Below are positions 41,716 through 55,530 of a DNA stretch of 64,000 bases, one piece after another. Below the pieces are notes generated by a model, which was not told the DNA's origin, searched no databases, and saw only the letters and a list, made by a program, of their open reading frames with translations. The stretch spans positions 1 through 64,000 of the forward strand of contig CAXHJY010000578.1 in NCBI GenBank assembly GCA_964016885.1, written 5' to 3'. The stretch is from Eledone cirrhosa (taxonomy: Eukaryota). Numbering within the stretch: the first letter of the stretch is position 1; every line of letters begins with the position of its first letter. The translations under genes were made by a program, and so were the position numbers.

Positions 41716-42261
41716 CTGGTACTTTATTTTATCGACCCTGGAAGGATGAAAAGCAAAAGATGACCTCGTTGGGATTTGAATTCAGAATGTAAGGAGTCAG
41801 AAAAAATACCACAAAGGCCTTTTCTCCGACGCTCTACCAATTTACCGGGTTTTTTTTTATTTTTTTTTTTTTTATTCTTAGAACTTTTATTTGAAACCGC
41901 AAATTTACAAGACATAAGCAATAAAGGTAAACACAGACAAACATACGACTGTTTCTACACACTGTCTGTCTACCAAATTCCATTCACAAGATATTTCTCA
42001 ACCGATTTCTTCCAGAGAAAGAGATATAAAGGAGGAATCAACCCGAGTATTGAACTGCTATTTTATTCATCGACCTTGAGAAACAAAGTAGACCTTGACG
42101 GGATATGAACTGAGACATCAGACAGCCGGAACAAATACCACAAAGCATTTTCTATCCCACATTCTAACGACTCTTCGACTTCGCCAACTTAGTATCGTTT
42201 CCAATGAATAAATATGACAAAATCTTTATGATTTTCTTTCCTGTTCTGTTTCTAGTGTACA

Positions 42262-42440
42262 TACCGTATTTCCCGGCGCCGAAGACGCTTCGTCCTCGAG
42301 GACGCACCCTAATTTTGACAACCAAAAATTAAAAAAAAAAAAAAAAATAATAAACAACCTTCAGCCTCCAGGTCGCATGGTAGATTTTTGAGACTTATTT
42401 TAGGAAAAAAGTAGCGTCTTTGACACCAGGAAATACAGTT
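42262..42440. mobile_element. MITE of Tc1/mariner-pogo type
   Basis: TIRs ccgtatttcccggcgccgaagacgct / agcgtctttgacaccaggaaatacag, TA on the left. Confidence 0.7.
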
Positions 42441-42626
42441 TATAATGTAAAGCCAAGTTATTGACATTTTTATAGCTTACTAGCAGAATGGTCCGGCGTT
42501 GCTCGGGATTTGCTCCAGGGTTCTTATATATTTGATATATATTTATCCTTATCGAGCCTCGTGAAATAAATACGTTTGTTTATATTTTGTTATTGTGTAG
42601 GCAAAAATATCTGTACATGAATATAC

Positions 42627-42668
<42 letters not shown>

Positions 42669-42750
42669 CGATAAATTAACGGAGGCATAGGCCCTCGCTA
42701 TTCCCTGTAAATAATGTGCTCAAAGGAGAAGAAATCCTGAGCTCTTTAAA

Positions 42751-42919
42751 ATACAATATGTTGAAAAGGTAACACACCAGAGAGAGGTATACAGTGCGCT
42801 ATCAATAAAACAGGGGAAAAAACCCACCAGTGTATGGAATCTGGTGGTTTTTTCCCCTGTTTTATTGATAGCGCACTGTATATCTCTCTCTGGTGTGTTA
42901 CCTTTTCAACATATTGTAT
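42751..42919. repeat. Near-perfect palindrome, arms about 80 bp, 10-nt loop
   Basis: Arms 42751-42830 and 42841-42919. Confidence 0.92.
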
Positions 42920-42977
42920 ATATATATAAATATATATATATAAATATATATATATATAAATATATATATATATAAAT

Positions 42978-43026
<49 letters not shown>

Positions 43027-43144
43027 AATATATATATATATAAATATATATATATATAAATATATATATATATAAATATATATATATAAATATATATATA
43101 TAAATATATATATATAAATATATATATATAAATATATATATATA

Positions 43145-43180
<36 letters not shown>

Positions 43181-43313
43181 AATATATATATATAAATATA
43201 TATATATAAATATATATATATAAATATATATATATAAATATATATATATAAATATATATATATAAATATATATATATAAATATATATATATAAATATAAA
43301 TATATAAATATAT

Positions 43314-43346
<33 letters not shown>

Positions 43347-43542
43347 AATATATATATATAAATATATATATATAAATATATATATATAAATATATATATA
43401 TAAATATATATATATAAATATATATATATAAATATATATATATAAATATATATATATAAATATATATATATAAATATATATATATGAATATATATATATA
43501 AATATATAAATATAAATATATATATATAAATATATATATATA

Positions 43543-43594
<52 letters not shown>

Positions 43595-43695
43595 TATATA
43601 TATAAATATATATATATAAATATATATATATAAATATATATATATAAATATATATATATAAATATATATATATAAATATATATATATAAATATAT

Positions 43696-43774
<79 letters not shown>

Positions 43775-43784
43775 TATATATATA

Positions 43785-43836
<52 letters not shown>

Positions 43837-43839
43837 TAA

Positions 43840-43930
<91 letters not shown>
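42920..43930. repeat. (TA)n with periodic AAA
   Basis: Direct observation. Confidence 0.95.
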
Positions 43931-43934
<4 letters not shown>

Positions 43935-44171
43935 AGGCGTGTGGCTGAGCGGTTAGAGAATTGGATTCACAATCTTGAGGTTGTGAGTTCGATTCCTGGA
44001 CCGGGCGATGCGTTATGTCCTTGAGCAAGGCACTTTATTTCACGTTGCTCCTACCTGGAGTTGCGACCGATAGATAGTATTAGCAACTGGAAAGACCAAC
44101 GGAAACATTGTTGCCTCGGTCCGATTTGAGGAAAATCGATCGCTAAAAAAAAAAAAAATATATAAATATAT

Positions 44172-44204
<33 letters not shown>

Positions 44205-45549
44205 TAAATATATATATAAATATATATATAAATATATATATAAATATATATATATAAATATATATATATAAATATATATATATAAATATATATAAATATA
44301 TATATAAATATATATATATAAATAACAGATTAAAGTTTAAGCAAAGAATCGCTGCTTTCACCCTTAACGGATCTTCTGAAACTAAAAAAATCAATCTGTG
44401 AACGCAGAAGTAAATATTTCGAAAAACACACTATATATATACATACACACTATATATACTGATACACACACACACATACATAACGTAATAATGTAATGCA
44501 GACATTCAGAAACACAGACAGATATTATAAGGGCGCAACGTTATATCTATGTATCTATCTAAAAAGAAAGACTAAGAATTATAGAGAGAGATCGCTAAAT
44601 CGCCTAATGCGGTCCCTAGGGTATTGAAAATTTGAAATACTTTTTGCTCAAAACACTCACAGGACCATAAGTATTACATGTGTAAAGTTTGAAAACAATC
44701 GGTTGGGTGGTTATCGAGTTTTAGGGAGCTGACAGACAGACATTCTCTGTTTTAGATATATAGATAATGGCGAAGCTGGTATAGGAATACATTGGACAGG
44801 CTTTATGGAGTTGGGTGTAGAATTGTAGAGAGATTAAATGTCATTTATATCTGTGAGAATTTTAATTTTGCTATTTTCATTTTCTAAACTCTGTTAACTA
44901 AATTGTTACTAATTTCATGAAACTGATTTATCGACTACCATTTCTTCACTGCATCATGTAGTTCTACAAATATTAGGAAAATAGAATCTTTAATCGATTA
45001 TTAATTCAGCTGCCGTGTGTTTATTCTACACGTTGTTTTTACTGTTCATATATATTCATTTACTTCCAAAACTTAATGCTTTTCTCACCTGTTTATTGTT
45101 TAGTGAGAGAGGAAAGAGTAGTGCTCATGACTCTTTTGAGGGCTTCTGAGACAGAAAGGAGAGATAAAGGGCCAGGTGGTGATGCTAAACCAGGTAACAG
45201 ATTAAGTCTACCGCCCATGCAAGTTACGGTGAGATTTGAACTCAGAACAGAGCTGAAACAAATAACGCAAATCTGACGCTCTAACACAATTGTAGGCAAA
45301 CTACTTTTTGAATGGCACGCCTGATTTCAAAATTGCCTTAAATTGTTTAGTAGTGTGACCCGTCTTATGATGAGCAATATCCTATGCGGCCAACTGCTCG
45401 AAAAAGGTTGCCCATTCGCTATTTCAATCTTGTCTGATAATGAATAGGAGATTCATTAAAATTCCTTATTTGGCCTCGGCTTCAAGTTGCTTCTTTAATT
45501 TAATCAAAACTGAAACAACATGTCTGTACATTTTGCAAGATATTATCAT

Positions 45550-45928
45550 ATCGACTCACAATCGTACGGACGTGAGTTCGATTACCAGAGGTGCGTTGTG
45601 TCCTTGAGCAAGATATTTTGTTTTGCATTGCTCCAGTTCACTCAGCTGGCAAAATTATTTGTTCCTGTAATACAAAGAGCCAATTACGCACTTTGTGATG
45701 CTGAATCTCCCTGAGAACTGCAGTAAAGGTACACGTGTTTGTGGTATGCTGTACCTGTAATTCAGAAAGCCAGCCTTATCACACTATGTCACGCTGAATC
45801 CCTTCGAGAACTATGTTTAGGGTGTATCTGTGGAATGCTCAGTCACTGCCACGTTAATTTCACGAGCAGACTGTTACAGCGATCGAACAAATAGAACACT
45901 CGTCGCCGTCGGAACCGACGGAGGGACT
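45550..45928 (+). mobile_element. SINE type B with internal duplication
   Basis: ctgtaat.caaag.gcca..gctgaatc..gagaact segment occurs twice. Confidence 0.75.
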
Positions 45929-46704
45929 TATTATATCGATACCTTTTATATAGATGACATTTAAGCTCCAGTCAGCATACATGTTCCGAAACCTTAACTA
46001 GCCTAGACTTGATCGCTATTCAACACATTGTTAGATCTTTAAAAGAAGTTATTTATTAATCTAATATGTTAATAGACTAAGACAGCAGTAATGATTGTTC
46101 AAAAAATGAAGGCTACTGTTATTGTTTCAAAATCTTCTAAATACAACTTGTCGATCTTTTATGGCAGCAGAGTTAAAGTATTACATACAAAAAAAAACAG
46201 ATACAAATAAATACGTCAATGAGAATTTAAATAAATCTCTATGATGACAATTGCAGGAAAAGAAAAAAAGACAACCGGCATGATTTGTTTCCATTGTTTT
46301 AATGTTGGGCACTAAATACATAAAACCTAAATTTAGTGTACAAGTGAAAGCCAACAATGTATTTCTATAGCGATAAAATTTTCTGTTCTTTAGTGGTGTC
46401 TTGTATTTATATAACGACTTGTCATGACTTGATATTTTGTAATTTTTATGGTGAATATCTTTTGCTTCTTAAAAGTACTATGAATCAGTCATCGTTGTTT
46501 GAGGTGGTACTTCTCTGCTACTTCAGATAAAGCTGTCATCTTTCAATTCTTTGTGATTTACTAACACCAAACGTTGCTGCGACCAAATTATGATGATAAA
46601 CATACTTTTGTAATTGTTGTTTTTATAGGACGTTAGAAATATTTCAAATAGTATTTAAAATAAACTTGAAGAGATCAAGAGAGGTTCTAAAGAAATACAT
46701 TTGT

Positions 46705-47275
46705 AGGTACGTTGTGTAGCGAGTGGTAGAGTATTGAACTTACGATCATAAGGTTGTGGGTTCAATTCCTGGACCGGGCGGTGCGTTGTGTTCTTGAGCA
46801 AGTTACTTTATTTCATATTACGACTCATGGCTGAACTAGAACTCATATCATTAAGACACCCGAGAAAACTACATTGAGATACAATTTCATAGGACGCCAG
46901 CTAAACTTGCATATGTGTGAGTTTCATCCTTAGGGAGTCGATAGCATAAGGCACCAGTAATGCACTGGGGTCGATTTAATCGACTTTTCCCTCCCCCCAA
47001 ATTGCTGGCCTTGTGCCTATAGTAGAAACCATTATTATTATTACAGTAGGGTGGTGGATTGGCAGTATCGGTAGAGAGTCGAACACTATGCTTTGCAGCA
47101 TAGAGTTACGAGCCTTTATGATTTGAGTTCAAATCCCGCCGAGGTTAAATTCTTCTTTCATCCTTACGGGGGTCGATAAAATAAAATACCCACTGGGGTA
47201 GATTTAATCGATTTCCCCCTCCCCCAAAATTGCTGGCCTTGTGCCTATATAAGAAACCATTATTATTATTATTAT
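46705..47275 (+). mobile_element. Three adjacent SINEs; full type A at about 47050-47275
   Basis: tRNA-like heads, type A core, (ATT)n tail. Confidence 0.8.
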
Positions 47276-47996
47276 TAGTAGTAGTAGTAGTAGTAGCAGC
47301 AGCAGCAGCAACAATGCTTTATATTGACATTCCAATTCAATGCAATATGAAGCTCTAAAACCCTACAAAACAATATCGTACAGTGATGAAGCATATTTAA
47401 AAATAACACATGGCTGTGCGTGATTATTGGAATCAGTTCCAGTCTCTTAAGTCTAAATGACTAACATTGTTCATAATCCAACAACTATGTTTCATACTTC
47501 GTTCTTCTGTTATGAAATAATTAAAGACAATAATTAAACACGACAAGCAATTAGTAATACATTACTAAACAGTTAGCAATTATTACTTTAATATATAACT
47601 ATAGTTAATTTATTCTGATATTGGAATCAATTTATGAACAACTTCATAAATCCTTCGCAATTATTTACTGTACTATAGCACGAAGGAAAATGGACATGTA
47701 GGACGAAAAGCATTTAATTTCCTCTTTGGCCACCTCCTGGAAAAGACAATTTTGTGAACAAGGGTGGAATTTCATAATAATTATATCCAAGTTGAACAAC
47801 GGTTTAAAAGAATACGCCGCTGGAAAGATGCATATGAGGCTATATAACTACATAAAAAGACACGACAAAAACAATGAGTGTCCTAGAAAAATGAAACTAA
47901 TCCATAAAGAAATATAGAAACATTTTACGACAAAACAACGTATGTTGTGCATGTAGTAACACAGGAAGGAAGGAATGTATGTATATATACATACAT

Positions 47997-48035
<39 letters not shown>

Positions 48036-48409
48036 CATACACACACACATATATATATATACATACACACAAGAATATGCACTGGTTAATCATTATACAA
48101 ACCCCAAGGTCAATACCAAATACACTAAGATAGTCCGTTCACGCTAGTGTACACATACCATACCTTCTTACTCCTGGTTAATATGTTTTTCACTCGAGTT
48201 AATTGATTTAAGCTGCCTTTAGTGGCTTTGTGTCGATTCTCACAAATTTATAGTATTTATATTGACGTACATACCAATATATTTTACATTGAAACACTAA
48301 TTAGTGCAGAACAAATATATTTCTACTACTCTGTCTGTCTGTCTGTGCGTGTCTGTGTCTGTGTATCAGCAACAACAGTGGACAGACATCACCAAACAAT
48401 GTTTTTTTA

Positions 48410-48690
48410 TGCTGAGCTCCTCCGCAAAATCGGATCGTCGGCGGCCCGTTTGAAGAGGGAGCCACGCGAGGTTGGATGGCTGTTGCAGCGGGTGTCACTG
48501 TTGCCATCGTCAGCGGGGCGCAGCACTTCTGCCCTCTTGCCCAAAGCACAATCACCCTCCCCACTCTTCTGCGACACCAGAGCTCTTGCCCTCTCCTTTC
48601 CTTCCGTTCTTTTTCTTTTTTTTTCTCTATATTTCTCTATTGTTTCTTTCCTTTTGCCCCCCCCCCCTTTATTATTGCCGTCATTATAGT
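48410..48690 (+). mobile_element. CRE-type extreme 3' fragment
   Basis: AELLRKIGSSAARLKREPREVGWLLQRVSL parallels the C-terminus of the 5507-5956 ORF. Confidence 0.7.
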
Positions 48691-49689
48691 TGTCAAAAGT
48701 AGAAACAATTATTTTTAAATAAATAAACTTGGATATCAACTGAATTGATATCTTAATTACTCAATGCTTGTGGAAAGATTGAAATAAATAAGTTTTTTGA
48801 GGGCTGTAACATGCAGTACCGGTGCCTGGGTATTTAGTTCCCTAAGCTAGCTCTATAATGTGCATTCCATTCTCCTAAGTAAAATAATTCTAAGCGGACA
48901 AACCCAGGTTTTGGCACTTTTTGCTCTGACAACACTAAAAAAATTACTAAGCCTGCGTTTTTCACTACACAGTTCACACTCACCCACGCCAAATCACATG
49001 ACAGGCTATGACCCTCTCCATCGATTCGGATATTTCCACACGGCTGCTACATGATAAATATGTTTAGTGATTTATTTATTGGTCGCAGGAAATACTTATG
49101 TATTTAAGTTAATCATACAAACTGTGATACTTTAGCATTTCGTAATGCGCCTTTCTGAATGCGCGTGGTTTCGTGATTAGGGTGTTGGACTCACGATTAT
49201 CAGGTTGGGGTTTCGACTTTTGCGTAGGGTGTTGTATTATGTTCTTGGGCAAGGCGCTTTATTTCATGATAAGACTGGGGCCCCCTATTATTAAAGCACC
49301 CGAGAAACCTCCTATGAGATGCAACCTTGTCGGACACCATCTAAACTTGCATAGGTATAAACTGTAAATTTCATTTTTTTCCCCTCTCTCTCTCTCTGGC
49401 GCTGTAGGCAGCTGCCAAGTTGGCCTTAATGGTAGCGCCAGCCTTGGATACACTGAAACGAGAATTAATTAGCACCTAACGAACATACTTAGTATGTAAT
49501 TGGTTCAGTAGAGATACTAAGTTATGTGTAGGTCTATAACGAGATCATTATGTTCTATGTTGCAGTTACAACATTATGTTCCCTGTTGAGAACAATTAAT
49601 AAAGACCAGTCTTACGACAATTTTTCTTTGTAAAAAATTCCATACAAACTTCGATGATACAATCGTGTGTGTGTATATATGTTTATATA

Positions 49690-49862
49690 TATATACAATT
49701 TCGTACGACACACACACACAATTTCGTACGACACACACACACAATTTCGTACGACACACACACACAATTTCGTACGATACACACACACAATTTCGTACGA
49801 TACACACACACAATTTCGTGCGATATATATATATACACAATTTCGTACGATATATATATATA
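49690..49862. repeat. acaatttcgtacga-(CA/TA)n tandem units; related units at 53350 and 53535-53725
   Basis: Seven units of about 23-27 bp. Confidence 0.85.
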
Positions 49863-50023
49863 TTTGAAAAAAAGGTAAAGAATGACTTCACTTGTAGTTC
49901 TAAACAATTTCATTTAATTTTATAATATTACTAGCAGTGGTACCCGGCGTGGCACGGGATAAGCTATTTTGGAACGCGGGCCGCCAACAGATCTAATCGT
50001 GGAAAAACTGCATGCCTGGACAA

Positions 50024-50375
50024 TCTCCTTATAATATATAACCAGCAATTTCTCTGTCTGTCTGTCCGACAGTGGAAACACGTGCGCGCGTGCGAATGCT
50101 TTTTGCGCACGCGTAGAGAGAGAGACTACAAGAGGGGGATAGCGGGAGGGAGAGAGGGGGGAATTGAGGAGTGCTACAGAAACATATATACATTTCTGTG
50201 TGTGTGTAATATATATATACACACACAGAAATATATATATATACACACAGAAATATATATACATTTCTGTGTGTGTAATATATATATATATATACACACA
50301 CAGAAATATATATACATTTCTGTGTGTGTAATATATATATATATATACATACACAGAAATATATATATATATTTC

Positions 50376-50424
<49 letters not shown>

Positions 50425-51944
50425 CACACACAGAAATGTATATATATTTCTGTGTGTATATATATATATATATATTACACACACAGAAATGTATATATAT
50501 ATACACACACAGAAATATATATATACATCCCTTAGCTACTGTACTGTATCTGTTGCTATCTCTCTCTCTCTCCAGCTATCCCTCTCTTTTAGTCTGTCTG
50601 TTTCTCTCACTCTCACTCTTTCTCTTTGTAACACACTAACATTCCTCCCCTCTATCGCTGTGACGAATGGGGAGATGGAGGATGAGGAGGAGGAGAGAGT
50701 CACTTCGTCACTTCATCTCTGCCTTTCTTTCTCTCCCCTCTCACTCCCTCATTACGTACAGACATTAGGGCGGTGGATTGGCAGAATCTGTAGAGAGTCG
50801 GACACCATGCTTCATAGCATGGAGTTACGTCCCTTTACGGTCTGAGTTCAAATACCGCCGAGGTTAACTTTGCCTTTCATCCTCACGGGGTCGATAAAAT
50901 AAAGTACCAGTAATGTACTGTGTAATTGCTGGCCTTGTGCCAAAAGTAGAAACAATTATTAGAAACATTGCTTCATTTTTACATATCTAAGCATTAGTAA
51001 AATAACTAATAATTTCAAAAGTAATTTTTCAATTCCAATTGTTATGAACAGCAAAACATTAATAATAATTTTGTTCTAAGAAATATATATACATTTCTGC
51101 GTGTGTAATATATATATATATACACACACAGAAATATATATACATTTCTGTGTGTGTAATATATATATATACACACAGAAATATATATACATTACTGTGT
51201 GTGTAATATATATATATATATACACACACAGAAATATATATACACACAGAAATATATATACATTTCTGTGTGTGTAATATATATATATATACACAGAAAT
51301 ATATATACATTTCTGTGTGTGTAATATATATATATATATATATACACACACAGAAATATATATACATTTCTGTGTGTGAGATATATATATACACACACAG
51401 AAATATATGGGCATTTCTCTGTTTGTCTGTCTGTCTGTCCTTCCCTAAAACTCAAATGTAGGTGCTACAGAAATATTACCTTCCCCTTCCTTTTTCCACT
51501 TTGGTACTACCAAGAGAAACACTGTCGCTATAGAAACATTACCTTCCCCTCTCCACTGACTTTGGTCACTGAGGCCGAGGGAATCGCTGGTTGCTATAGA
51601 GACACCTTGCACAAGCCAGAAGTAACCAGTTCGAAGCGGTTCTGACTTGACACCATGCCAAGGACCATTTGAAAATATATTTCCATCGTTATATCATAAC
51701 GTTTATGTATCATAACGTTTATATTTCCGTCACTAATCTCTTTTTCTCCTTTTTCGTTTTAACATATATTTATTTCAAAGATTTCACCGTATAGATAACA
51801 TATATATTTATACATGCATAAAAGACACGCCGAGAGATGGTGAACATGTGGTGCCGAAAACATTTCTCATCCAAATCTCAACAATATCAGTATATACACT
51901 AGATTTGCTAGCAGAAAACCGCCCACCGGATGGTTTTCTGCTAG
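50024..51944 (+). mobile_element. Composite Helitron, inverted copy of 30099-31605, nested in another Helitron (49931- to about 52908)
   Basis: A|TC 5' end at 50024, CTAG at 51941-51944, same embedded SINE at 50768-50960. Confidence 0.78.
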
Positions 51945-52915
51945 TCTATATATATAAAACTGATGTTGTCTGTGTGTGTCCTCATTTTTGCAAAGTCTAT
52001 ACAAATCCACATTTCTACTCCGATTGACTTCAAATTTGCATTTATATATTCTTTGTGGTCTAAAGATATTAACTTCAGCTTTTATTTTTCAATTTTCTGT
52101 TGTTAAAGGGGTGTTAGGCCATCTCCATCGCGCTCTTATAATATCTGTCTGTATGTCTGGCTATCTGCATTACGACATTCTGACGAACATTGATGACGTA
52201 TTATGTTCGCTATTTTCCGTTCATTGCAAGGAACGTCTTCACGAACTAAAGTATCGTCTCCTGTTTTTCTTCGGTTGCAACATTTTTCGAAATATTTACT
52301 TCTGCGTTCACAGATTGATGTTTTTAGTTTCAGAAGATCCCGTTAAGGGTGAAAGCAACGATTCTTTGGTTAAACTTTAATCTGTTATTTTAATCTATAT
52401 ATGTATATATATAAAACTGAGGAAGGATGTATGTATGTATGTGTGTATGTGTCTGTGTGTGTGTGAAACCCGAGAAGTACCCAACCGATCTTTTTCAAAC
52501 TTTACATGTGTATTACTTATATTTCAGGGAGTTTTATGCACATAAAAAATTCAACTTTTTGATCCCCTAGGGATCAAACTCACAGACACACACACACACA
52601 CATACACACAGAGGCATCCTCAGGGAAGTGACGTAATGCAGAGAGTCAGACATACAGACAGATATTATAAGGGCGCGACGTTATATGTATGTATCTATCT
52701 AAAAAGAGAAAGACTAAGATCACTAAATCTCCCAATGCGGTCCCTAAGGCATTGAAAATTTGAAATATTTTTTGCTCAGAACACTCCCTGAAACATAAGT
52801 ATTACATGTGTAAAGTTTGAAAACAGTCGGTTGGGTGCTTCTCGAGTTTTAGGGATTCAAACTCACACACACACACACCTACAGACATCCTCAGTTATAT
52901 ATATATCGATGAGTA

Positions 52916-53098
52916 GGTAGATCTAGTAAGTTCTTTGTTAACTTCGGTAGGAAGATTTTTAAAGATTCCTGGCTAACTTTCCCGGATTCGTCGGTGGCGA
53001 TGTCAAACTGACGAATGCGAGAAAGTTATCTGGGAAGTTAACCAGGAATCTTTAAAAATCTTCCCACCGAAGTTAACAAAGAACTTACTAGATCTACC
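52916..53098. repeat. Palindrome, arms about 67 bp
   Basis: ggtagatctagtaagttctttgttaacttcgg..ccgaagttaacaaagaacttactagatctacc. Confidence 0.9.
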
Positions 53099-53466
53099 AA
53101 CTTATAATATTATAAAATGAAATCAAATTGTTTAGAACTACAAGTAAAGTCATTCTTTTCCTTTTTTTCAAATAAACCTAACTGTACCAAGAATTTCACA
53201 CATTTTCGAATATATATATATATATATATATATAGACCAATGATGGTTGGCAAATCACTGACGAAGGACTATTTTTATCATATCTAACCGATGTGCAAAC
53301 CACGCAGTATTCTTCTTTCTTCTCATGTTTTTTATATATATATATACATACACAATTTCGTACGATGTAAATATATTTCCGTAGGAAGGGTAAAGGAAAG
53401 GAGAGTGCTCTATCTATGGTACAGAGCTATTTAATTATGTAATAAACAACACGAGACAATTATTCC

Positions 53467-53530
53467 ATTTACCAAAGGTTTCACGAAGACAGACGAGCTC
53501 ACAGAGACGTCTGAAATCGCTCATCAGAAT
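53467..53530 (-). ncRNA. Hammerhead ribozyme motif, short stem I
   Basis: Minus strand: att CTGATGA gcga ttt cagacg..cgtctg tct tcgt GAAA cc ttt gGTA aat. Confidence 0.65.
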
Positions 53531-53535
53531 CAGTA

Positions 53536-53579
<44 letters not shown>

Positions 53580-53615
53580 GCACAATTTCATACGACACAC
53601 ACAAACAATTTCGTG

Positions 53616-53677
<62 letters not shown>

Positions 53678-53741
53678 GCACAATTACATACGATATACAC
53701 ACACACAAACAATTTCGGGCGATATATATATATATATATAT

Positions 53742-55080
53742 ATTTCAGTTTAGTAGTCATTTACAAATATTAAGCTCTAAGAAAAATACTTCTGAGCATT
53801 ACATTACAATTTAGAAATTAAAAATTAAAAAATATATGATCAACACTACTGTGTTTTTTTTTTTGCAAAATGACAATAATTTTTTAGCCAGATAGAAATA
53901 CCTTAATTCAAGTACATATAGTCCGTCTGTATCGATCTAGAGAATTTTAAATATTAAATCTATACTTACAGACGTAAAATGGCAACTGCCTGGTGCCTAG
54001 ACAAGTTTAAATTTCAAAATTCAAACCTTTTCAGCAGATCGGGTAGAACTTCAAAACATAAACCTGTTTCACAAGGGATGTTATACTAATGAAATAATTA
54101 ATTAATTACGGAACAACTATTTATAAAATAATTATTAGTAGAGTAATCAATTTTCTGTGATCTACGGTAGGCACCCAGAAATTAAAATCACTTCTCCTAA
54201 GACAGTATCTTAAGACTGATCTGTCGCAAGCCTAATACATGTGCTTTTGCACACGACCTTCTCAGCATTCTGGCACATATCCATGGCGCTAGAAATAACA
54301 GCCGTGAATATGTGATTATGAATTCAGCTCGACCGTAGGAGCAGTTAATTTCAGTTTAGTAGTCATTTACAAATATTAAGCTCTAAGAAAAATACTTCTG
54401 AGCATTACATTACAATTTAGAAATTAAAAATTAAAAAATATATGATCAACACTACTGTGTTTTTTTTTTTGCAAAATGACAATAATTTTTTAGCCAGATA
54501 GAAATACCTTAATTCAAGTACATATAGTCCGTCTGTATCGATCTAGAGAATTTTAAATATTAAATCTATACTTACAGACGTAAAATGGCAAATATTTGTA
54601 AATGACTACTAAACTGAAATTAACTGCTCCTACGGTCGAGCTGAATTCATAATCACATATTCACGGCTGTTATTTCTAGCGCCATGGATATGAGCCAGAA
54701 TGCTGAGAAGGTCGTGTGCAAAAGCACATGTATTAGGCTTGCGACAGATCAGTCTTAAGATACTGTCTTAGGAGAAGTGATTTTAATTTCTGGGTGCCTA
54801 CCGTAGATCACAGAAAATTGATTACTCTACTAATAATTATTTTATAAATAGTTGTTCCGTAATTAATTAATTATTTCATTAGTATAACATCCCTTGTGAA
54901 ACAGGTTTATGTTTTGAAGTTCTGCCCGATCTGCTGAAAAGGTTTGAATTTTGAAATTTAAACTTGTCTAGGCACCAGGCAGTTGCCATTTTACGTCTGT
55001 AAGTATAGATTTAATATTTAAAATTCTCTAGATCGATACAGACGGACTATATGTACTTGAATTAAGGTATTTCTATCTGG

Positions 55081-55117
<37 letters not shown>

Positions 55118-55190
55118 TGTCATTTTGCAAAAAAAAAACACAGTAGTGTTGATCATATATTTTTTAATTTTTAATTTCTAAATTGTAATG

Positions 55191-55191
<1 letters not shown>
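53742..55191. repeat. 606-bp unit: 1.4 tandem copies followed by an inverted, circularly permuted copy
   Basis: Unit restarts at 54348; inversion at about 54592; flanked by (TA)n. Confidence 0.92.
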
Positions 55192-55232
<41 letters not shown>

Positions 55233-55530
55233 CAGAGGAGGACGGCCGATTGAACAGATATTTCGAGACTAGAAATAGGTAGCAACCATGCTTGCCGATA
55301 CATCGATCTCCATCGTTCAATCGACCCTCTGAAACGATCGTAAAAACAATGAACTAACTATCTACCTACACCTGACTTCTATTTTTATTTTTTGTTCTAT
55401 GCACACACGCGCACGCACACACACACGCACGCGCGCACGCACGCACACACGCACACACACACACACACACATACGAAAGTGTATTTTACATTGTTAGATG
55501 ACGGGGAATATATATAATATATATAAATAT

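Larger units (their letters stand above)
42480..44764 (-). mobile_element. Non-autonomous Helitron interrupted by a palindrome, (TA)n tract and SINE head; relative at 56119-57066
   Basis: ctagcagaatggtccggcgttgctcggga 3' end; 44480-44764 matches 56800-57066 and 29810-30098. Confidence 0.6.

Noticed and set aside
43931-44005. tRNA-like sequences here and at other SINE heads
   Set aside because: They continue into SINE bodies and lack a full cloverleaf
42898-44028. Long IYIY-type ORFs (also 31588-32526, 60054-61756, 62199-63024 and many short ones)
   Set aside because: Translations of (TA)n microsatellites
47665-47740. Possible minus-strand terminal exon after ttgtcttttccag (EVAKEEIKCFSSYMSIFLRAIVQ*)
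   Set aside because: Splice-like signals alone; no supporting homology
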